A DNA stretch of 64,000 nt from Octopus sinensis (lineage: Eukaryota). The stretch is taken from the NCBI RefSeq assembly GCF_006345805.1, contig NC_042999.1, forward strand, positions 62,806,001 to 62,870,000, given 5' to 3'. Below the pieces are notes generated by a model, which worked only from the letters and a program-made list of their open reading frames with translations, was not told the DNA's origin and did not search any database. Positions 60,601 to 64,000 of the stretch are shown here, in pieces. Within the stretch, counting starts at the first letter, position 1. Every line of letters begins with the position of its first letter. A program made the position numbers and the translations under genes.

Positions 60601-63490
60601 ATTCAGAAATAAATATGAGATTATGAGAGGAGCCTGATGTTGCTAAATGTTATGTAAAAATGACCAGTGTGTACAAACACTGCTTTCAACAAGAAATACA
60701 GAGTGACCAATTGCCAAAGCATACGCATAACTCCTACTTGTATAATCTATCTCCTCTTTTATGATGAAAATTTATTCTGATATTGACTAAAACACAAGCT
60801 AAAATACAAAATATATACGAATAAATGAAATGAAATAAAAAGAAGAGCCATTATATCACTTAATAAACATGTAATTAAACAAATCTTCATTAAGAGTTCT
60901 AAAAGTAAATCAAAACACATACATAATATAAAGATACGTGTATGTAAAAGAAAGGTATTGTCAAATGAATCAATCTCAGCATACCATTGGTAGTTATTTA
61001 TCATTTATTAAATCCAGAGGGATTAATTTATAGAATAAAGGAGCATTTATTAACTATGGCATACATACATGAGTGTGTGTGTGCTGTATATGTTCTGTTG
61101 CCTAGATACTACAATGGTTGTAAATGAGCATCATCGTCAAATAAGTGAGGTTGTTTGTTTGCAGTCTTCTGTGAAAAGATGGCTAGCTATGGGGAAATAA
61201 TATCTTGCTTGGAAATAGGTAAGGGTTGGTGACAAGAAGGGCATTCAGCCATTGAAAATCTGCCTCAGCAAATTTCGTCTGACCCATGCAAGCATGGAAA
61301 AGGGGGTGTTAAATGATAAGAAGTGACTCAGCAAAATATTCCTTTTACTTCTCTACAACGATAATATGCTCCAACAGTGTTTGCGATGCCTTGCCTCATG
61401 CTGAATGACAAATTTCACGATAGGGTTTCCTTTTGCAGTCACTTACAGATCTTTGTGACAGAAGTATGCTGACAGAACAAGCTAATACTAAAATGAATGA
61501 TGACTGAAAAATATAAAGAACTAGCTGAATACCCGGAAAAACAGGGATTATTTCCCATTCCCATTACACTGTTTCATGTCCTGTTCAGTTTCCATTTTAG
61601 TTCTGCTCCCATTCCTATCCCCAGTCCTATGCCAATATATAAATTTTAGAATCAGTTAGGTGTAATTGAGCCATTAAATATTTTATTAACCTTCATGGTA
61701 ACAGTTTATTGCTAAAAACAGGTATTACAAACAATTAATGATTAGTGGGTGAATATGGAATGTCCCTGTATTATTTTAACAAACAAAAATGCATCTGAGT
61801 AAAATAAATGAGTTGACCAGTAATACTGAGAAAGCGGGGGTTATCCCCAATTCCCATTACACTGTTCCATGTCCTATCCAGTCTCCTGTTCAGTTTCTGT
61901 CTCTCTACCCAATCTGTCGTTTATGGTAATAGTTTATTGCTAAAAATAGGTATTACAAACTATTAGTTCAATTAGTGGGTGAATAAGGAATGTCCCTATA
62001 TTATTTAAACAAACAAATATGCATCTGAGTAAAATATATTAGAGAAAATAGGGAGATTTACAAATACATTGACAGTTTGCATATTGTAGCTGGCTTTCTC
62101 ACATTGTAGCTGATTTGTAAACATGCTACAGCAACCCCCCATTGCCACCACTGTTCTCGCCTTCACTGATATAAGTCACCCTCTCTCTGCTACTACCTTT
62201 CCCTCCGACTAATATTTTTGTAACTTTCTCATTTTATCATATAATTCACCCAACACCCCTGGGAGGGAGGCACATTATAGATTTTTATTGAAATCCAATT
62301 AGCCTATTATTGAACTGGATTTTAGTGCAACATGTATGCTAAGTTTCGTGAATATTGGTTAGCTGGTTTAGGCACTAAGATGGTAACAGACAGACAGAAA
62401 TTGCCATTAATATATTAGATTAATGCAATATATTTTCTAACCAAAGAATTTCAGAAAATATAAGGATTCTCATACTGAACTAGACAAAATAATGTTCCAG
62501 TTGTTTGATACTATAGAACTATCTATTCATTGTAATATAGCAGAAGTGGCTGATTACTCTACAGATCTGTGTATACTTCATGAAATTTAAAACAGAATCA
62601 GTGCGATAGAATGTGTGACAAGGATGACCTTCACAAATCCTAGGAACATTTCATTTAATGTATTTCAAGACAGCTATGTCAAGTCAATTTAACTCACAAA
62701 GATAACCAGCCCTTCTCTAATATCCTTTCTTCTATAGACACAAGGCCTTAAATTTTGGGGAGGGGCTAGTTGATTACATCAACCCCGGTGCTCAACTGGT
62801 ATTTATTTCATTCACCCCAAAATGATGAAAGCCAAAGTCAATTTTGGCAGCATTTGAATTCAGAACAAAGACAGATGAAATGCCGCTAAGCATTTTGCCC
62901 AGTGTGCTAACAATTCTGTCACCTTTCTCATTGACTCTGAAGCATTTCTTTGGATATTAGAAATGGGTAAGTCAGTGACTTACCTTGAGTGCTCCTCCTT
63001 TGCGTGAAATGATGCGTACAGTCAACGCCAACATTCTGTCGTCACTGTCGTATAGTTCAAACCTAGCTTTATAATTGATAGTTCCTGGAGGGATCATCAA
63101 CTCATTACAATCTCGGAAATTTTCCAGCTGGATTCCGAGTTCAAGATGCTGGCTCATGTCAGCCTGAATGTAGAAAAAAGTGGGGAGAAACATTATAACA
63201 AGAAGAACTATGAAGAGATGGAATTAAAAGAAAACAAAGTGTTCAATATAAAAATAAAAAATGTTCAAAGCTCTTTTACCTGATAGAGTGGCTCCTGTTT
63301 TCCAGCATCAATTTGACCCTTCATTGAGGTATTCTTGAAGTAGTAAGACATCTCAATTGGTAGCAGATTGCAAAGAGTGACTGGTGGATGAAGAGTAATT
63401 ATGTGACCAGGAATACTGTATTCTCGAGCATGTATTCTATGTAGCTGAGTTTCCTCGGGATACTTTCCACGTCTTACAGACACACAAAAC
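2070..63490 (-). CDS. VPS13D: VPS13D (bridge-like lipid transfer protein), partial gene: 25 coding exons in the window, 5' part beyond 64000, last exon not found
   Basis: Spliced translation matches recalled human VPS13D motifs in order: APYWLVNKSG, FAPRY, FHWPR, PPPFRIDN, YAWDEP, RSQLWRMTG, RPGSG, DGP, VPEELV, IDNQL, AKILGSIDFLGNP, KPVTGVLDFA, REPRCC. All introns are GT-AG and phases are consistent; exons total 3634 nt = 1 + 1211 codons. Confidence 0.96.
2790..3090 (+). mobile_element. Family B element
   Basis: Same 3' end with GAT repeat tail. Other + copies: about 14110-14440, 16835-17355 (three), 23150-23380, 40910-41210, 47650-47820, 49000-49195, 51080-51305, 56240-56410. Confidence 0.85.
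3341..3507 (-). CDS. VPS13D: VPS13D exon FIAWEQ...ALITNKKVYFL...VSK, PH-like domain
   Basis: Acceptor TTCCAG|, donor A|GTATGT, 167 nt. Confidence 0.92.
4372..4883 (-). pseudogene. Decayed mariner (D,D34D) transposase, 3' half, with one terminal inverted repeat
   Basis: LLQDNAPVH...LPHPP(+1 frameshift)YSPDLAPSDFHLF gives D34D spacing after correction; premature TAA after WLED; natural stop at about 4445; TA|CGAGGGGCATTCAATAAGT terminus at 4370. Confidence 0.9.
5000..5442 (-). mobile_element. SINE family A, old near-full-length copy
   Basis: Diverged match to family A head, body and tail. Confidence 0.75.
5847..6097 (-). CDS. VPS13D: VPS13D exon GFFTGLSKGLVGTVIKPVTGVLDFA...HFDE, ATG2_C helices
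   Basis: Acceptor CTTGAAG|, donor TT|GTGAGT, 251 nt. Confidence 0.97.
6469..6678 (-). CDS. VPS13D: VPS13D exon VTSSLSDGL...DDGFG
   Basis: Acceptor CTGTAG|, donor GGA|GTAAGT, 210 nt. Confidence 0.95.
7096..7263 (-). CDS. VPS13D: VPS13D exon ELKSQAAKILGSIDFLGNP...STAK
   Basis: Acceptor TTGCAG|, donor AAG|GTCAGA, 168 nt; highly conserved VPS13_C segment. Confidence 0.97.
7722..8056 (+). mobile_element. SINE family A, 5'-truncated copy with internal (TA)n
   Basis: CTTGGGCAAGT...GGCGGTGCTCCAGCATG...GAAACAAGTAAAAGAG. Confidence 0.88.
8674..9013 (-). mobile_element. tRNA-headed SINE family D, full length with target-site duplication
   Basis: Head GTGAAGGCACATGGCTCAGTGGTTAGAGCG...GAATCCCGG; perfect 14-nt TSD ACCCACCCTGGCAT at 8660-8673 and 9014-9027. 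Confidence 0.9.
9265..9338 (-). CDS. VPS13D: VPS13D exon (D)AYVRQHVFET...HYTD
   Basis: Acceptor TTTCAG|, donor GAT|GTAAGA, 74 nt. Confidence 0.92.
9521..9708 (-). CDS. VPS13D: VPS13D exon PVLQAA...RYFFG...FEDATVDL
   Basis: Acceptor GTTGTAG|, donor G|GTCAGT, 188 nt. Confidence 0.94.
10230..10700 (+). pseudogene. Highly degenerate CR1-like LINE RT C-terminal remnant
   Basis: GC-richer block; HHCCNVC motif resembles HHRRNVA of CR1-group ORF2; no intact ORF. Confidence 0.35.
12089..12480. mobile_element. Inverted pair of family F elements (tRNA-like head plus degenerate hammerhead ribozyme)
   Basis: About 135-nt arms at 12126-12260 and 12345-12480; CTGATGA/GAAAC hammerhead boxes; B-box-like GTTCAATTCC on the minus copy. 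Confidence 0.7.
12491..12925 (-). mobile_element. Two tandem SINE family C copies embedded in (AAT)n tracts
   Basis: Family C body at 12491-12705 and 12722-12925. Single copies also at about 14443-14650, 15040-15255, 16690-16830, 31834-32045, 36830-36985, 38480-38590, 62720-62920. Confidence 0.85.
15450..15900 (-). pseudogene. Degenerate CR1-like LINE ORF2 remnant
   Basis: Minus strand reads KAQVKPTRDDCSYI and LNCNHRKTIQLI, resembling KAQIRPxLEYCSHIW and LDxIQRKAIRLI. Confidence 0.55.
17790..17960 (-). mobile_element. SINE family A, partial
   Basis: CACAAGGCTTTGGTTGG...GAAGACACTTGCC...GGGACTGAACCC on the + strand. Confidence 0.8.
18133..18266 (-). CDS. VPS13D: VPS13D exon HLIISV...EEMLLLKLL...SSQ(R)
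   Basis: Acceptor TTACAG|, donor AG|GTAAGA, 134 nt. Confidence 0.94.
18655..18987. repeat. Foldback element: 118-bp inverted arms with a 5-nt loop, flanked by (TA)n
   Basis: Arms 18655-18772 and 18778-18895, 3 mismatches, loop CCCAC. Confidence 0.92.
19940..20450 (-). pseudogene. Degenerate RTE-like LINE 3' remnant
   Basis: Minus strand resembles RPRTRWLDMIKEDL, with frameshifts. Confidence 0.45.
21115..21255 (-). CDS. VPS13D: VPS13D exon IDNQLF...EIFK
   Basis: Acceptor CTCTTAG|, donor AAG|GTTGGT, 141 nt. Confidence 0.94.
21800..22185 (-). mobile_element. Family B element with about four diverged ~65-nt internal units
   Basis: (CAT)n tail at left, repeated GGTG(C)TTTTACGTGCCAC units. Other minus copies: about 21300-21500, 26040-26230, 41490-41625, 52040-52440, 56470-56560. 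Confidence 0.85.
22416..22577 (-). CDS. VPS13D: VPS13D exon IVVHG...GISLVNRVPEELV...NVQ
   Basis: Acceptor CTTTCAG|, donor CAG|GTCAGT, 162 nt. Confidence 0.95.
24168..24284 (-). CDS. VPS13D: VPS13D linker exon NTSFADP...QKNK
   Basis: Acceptor CCTTATAG|, donor AAA|GTTAGT, 117 nt, phase 0-0; poorly conserved linker, called from splice signals and open frame. Confidence 0.8.
26770..27060 (+). pseudogene. RTE/BovB-like LINE C-terminal remnant
   Basis: Reads NSWENLAVKHNKWR and FVCGGCGFIAHSKAGLTS, a CxxC...GL zinc-knuckle-like end. Confidence 0.55.
27196..27568 (+). mobile_element. SINE family A, full length
   Basis: GGCATAGGAATGGCTGTGTGGTAAG head through GAAACAAGTAAAAGAGTA tail. Confidence 0.9.
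28960..30720 (-). mobile_element. Head-to-tail array of about 9 full or partial SINE family C copies
   Basis: Repeated CACAAGGCC...GAAAGGCAAAGT...TTTGAACTCAGAA...TTCTGCCAG units of differing divergence, separated by AAT tracts. Confidence 0.88.
31540..31835 (+). pseudogene. 3' end of an RLE-type (R4/Dong-like) non-LTR element followed by (TAA)11
   Basis: LQKSAILHLAKILRKIL resembles the LQKxAxLGTAxILRKxL C-terminus of RLE-bearing LINEs. Confidence 0.55.
32189..32600 (+). mobile_element. SINE family A, full length with expanded TA/TATG microsatellite
   Basis: Head GGTGTAGGAGTGGCTGTG, internal deletion, tail AAGAGTAAAAGAG. Confidence 0.88.
37110..38240 (-). pseudogene. Degenerate CR1-like LINE reverse transcriptase
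   Basis: Minus-strand motifs LDMSKAFNHV, an INxSVP segment, HSYTDDTTLHS (YADD-like) and HLDCIQK...QPLAHK; frames are broken. Confidence 0.8.
39705..40042 (-). mobile_element. SINE family D, full length
   Basis: Close match to 8674-9013; ACCATCACT repeated on both flanks. An old + copy lies at about 44838-45000. Confidence 0.9.
41226..41432. repeat. MITE-like inverted repeat, ~80-nt arms and ~43-nt spacer
   Basis: Arms 41226-41308 and 41352-41432, roughly 80% complementary by eye. Confidence 0.8.
41670..41970. repeat. (GATA)n/(GACA)n compound microsatellite, about 300 bp
   Basis: Read directly; preceded by (TG)n. Confidence 0.97.
42226..42530 (-). mobile_element. tRNA-headed SINE family E (single copy in window)
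   Basis: Minus strand AGAGGCACATGGCCTACTTGTTAGAGC...GGTTCGAATCTC head; AAC-rich tail; CpG-rich body. Confidence 0.75.
42930..43172 (-). mobile_element. SINE family A, partial
   Basis: CACTCACAAGC...GAAGACACTTGCCCAAGG...GGAACTGAACC. Confidence 0.75.
45437..45603 (-). CDS. VPS13D: VPS13D exon (D)AITLLGP...RPGSG...DGPVRVL...QKT
   Basis: Acceptor TTAAAG|, donor ACA|GTAAGT, 167 nt; followed by a 21,152-nt phase-0 intron. Confidence 0.94.
46900..47420 (+). pseudogene. Older copy of the same RTE LINE ORF
   Basis: Homologous to 57925-58400 (LRVNGRLYDAC...RNEASML...WYGHV), with many stops. Confidence 0.8.
47915..47984 (-). CDS. VPS13D: VPS13D exon NGLLTCANG...ALQH
   Basis: Acceptor TTTTAG|, donor G|GTAAGT, 70 nt; phase fits both neighbours. 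Confidence 0.88.
49398..49619 (-). CDS. VPS13D: VPS13D exon ELGKRSQLWRMTG...TQLWKFTR, ricin-like QxW region
   Basis: Acceptor CTTAAG|, donor CGT|GTAAGT, 222 nt; two QxW motifs characteristic of the D paralogue. Confidence 0.95.
51445..51541 (-). CDS. VPS13D: VPS13D exon DVHLK...ELVLD...FKRK
   Basis: Acceptor TTCCAG|, donor AAA|GTTAGT, 97 nt. Confidence 0.9.
51785..51941 (-). CDS. VPS13D: VPS13D exon (L)PYAWDEP...STFN(G)
   Basis: Acceptor CCATAG|, donor GG|GTAAGT, 157 nt. Confidence 0.94.
52633..52705 (-). CDS. VPS13D: VPS13D exon IPVQYQQ...KPITS
   Basis: Acceptor TTAACAG|, donor T|GTAAGT, 73 nt. Confidence 0.9.
53929..54052 (-). CDS. VPS13D: VPS13D exon DEQGN...PPPFRIDNYSL
   Basis: Acceptor TTCTAG|, donor TTA|GTAAGT, 124 nt. 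Confidence 0.95.
54271..54452 (-). CDS. VPS13D: VPS13D exon DPKQQ...FHWPR...FHINI(R)
   Basis: Acceptor TTCCAG|, donor AG|GTAAAA, 182 nt. Confidence 0.95.
54590..54665. repeat. Imperfect (TA)n microsatellite
   Basis: Read directly. Other TA/CA runs at about 7820-7865, 18613-18653, 25685-25710, 32325-32410, 35300-35332. Confidence 0.95.
55327..55471 (-). CDS. VPS13D: VPS13D exon VFTIGIEV...FAPRY...ATEI
   Basis: Acceptor ATTTAG|, donor ATA|GTAAGT, 145 nt. Confidence 0.94.
56606..56686 (-). CDS. VPS13D: VPS13D exon (W)CPRFTLDSGIG...SPN(R)
   Basis: Acceptor TTTCAG|, donor AG|GTAAGA, 81 nt. Confidence 0.92.
57246..58580 (-). mobile_element. 5'-truncated RTE-clade LINE: frameshifted ORF C-terminus, 3' UTR tandem array, (GAT)n tail
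   Basis: KGRLYDACVRTAMLHGSETWA...RRLRWYGHVVRM is a typical RTE RT C-terminal segment; frameshifts at about 57930 and 58330. Confidence 0.92.
58760..58970 (+). mobile_element. SINE family C, rare +-strand copy
   Basis: TTAGCATGCTGGG...GACTTTGCCTTTCATCCTTTTGGGATTGATAAAATAAGCACCAG; a second old + copy at about 28715-28810. Confidence 0.8.
59039..59095 (-). CDS. VPS13D: VPS13D exon (R)CSMRAGR...LLQ(W)
   Basis: Acceptor TTTCTCAG|, donor TG|GTAAGA, 57 nt, phase 2-2; aligns to CTMRIG...W. Confidence 0.88.
59321..59783 (-). mobile_element. Non-autonomous Helitron-like element 1
   Basis: Minus strand A|TC 5' end, CTAG|T 3' end, TGACC-CAACA-GGTCA hairpin about 11 nt before the end; internal ~150-nt duplication. 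Confidence 0.7.
59911..60077 (-). CDS. VPS13D: VPS13D exon LQISAPYWLVNKSG...ECPT(R)
   Basis: Acceptor TTGGTAG|, donor AG|GTATGT, 167 nt; contains the APYW motif typical of VAB repeats. Confidence 0.95.
60200..60422. mobile_element. Family B copy folded back on itself (78-bp hairpin)
   Basis: Arms 60260-60337 and 60345-60422, 5 mismatches, 7-nt loop. Confidence 0.92.
61521..62419 (-). mobile_element. Non-autonomous Helitron-like element 2
   Basis: A|TC...CCCTG-TTTTT-CCGGG hairpin...CTAG|T termini; internal partial duplication 61545-61805 / 61835-62040; GACA repeat near the 5' end. Confidence 0.7.
62984..63163 (-). CDS. VPS13D: VPS13D exon ADMSQ...GGALK
   Basis: Acceptor ATTCAG|, donor AAG|GTAAGT, 180 nt, phase 0-0. 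Confidence 0.95.
63280..63490 (-). CDS. VPS13D: VPS13D exon (R)FCVSVRR...KQEPLYQ, VAB region
   Basis: Acceptor CACCAG|G, donor CAG|GTAAAA, 211 nt. Confidence 0.93.
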
Positions 63491-64000
63491 CTGGTGACAA
63501 ACAATAGTAAGTCATGAAAGAACTAGAAATGACAAGAATGTTTTGTGCTGTCACAAGACCACAAATCTGTAGGGAATGAGAGTAACTGATAAAACTGTCC
63601 TGGGAAATGAAAGGCAAAGCTAACTATAGTAGGGTTTACTCTTATGACAATATTACACATACACTTCAAGATGGCCACAGCTGGAATGCTTTGAGCATAA
63701 GTCTGCTCAATCAGAGCTGAAGTAAAATGGGACTAAACAATAATAATTCTTAAGTAGCATACTTCACCCAACAGAAAATAGTTACAAGATAGGAATAACT
63801 CATACAGTAGGCAGAAGCAGTACTGTAAAATCAACAGATGGGTCACTAGCTGGCAGTACGGTGGTCAATTCTGCTTGTGGATAATATACAAATAAGCTGG
63901 ATAAATTTGTTCAAATACAGCCCACTCTTTTTATAAATAACACCAAGACCAATTGAACTTCCTTAACACTCATGACTTCATATATGCTATTAGATCATTT

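Overview
AT-rich animal genomic DNA. The repeat content (tRNA-headed SINEs, RTE/CR1 LINE remnants, many microsatellites) suggests a coleoid cephalopod such as Octopus; this is an inference. The whole window lies inside one minus-strand gene, a VPS13D orthologue. I traced 25 coding exons by hand from 63490 down to 2070. All have GT-AG boundaries and consistent phases, and they sum to 3634 nt (about 1211 codons). They encode the VAB/SHR-BD region, a ricin-like QxW region, and the VPS13_C/ATG2_C and PH-like C-terminus. The 5' exons lie beyond 64000, and I could not find the terminal exon inside the window. The introns (up to 21.2 kb) contain at least five SINE-like families (my labels A-F), RTE, CR1-like and R4-like LINE remnants, a decayed mariner, two non-autonomous Helitrons and several foldback hairpins. 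Most notable: (1) a tRNA-headed short element carrying a Penelope-type minimal hammerhead ribozyme, present as an inverted pair; (2) an unannotated-looking in-frame 126-nt cassette-exon candidate; (3) a CpG-enriched promoter-like island in the large intron; (4) a same-orientation SINE array built into (AAT)n tracts; (5) near-perfect intronic hairpins that are candidate ADAR substrates. No bacterial system or CRISPR array is present. Repeat boundaries were read by eye and are approximate.
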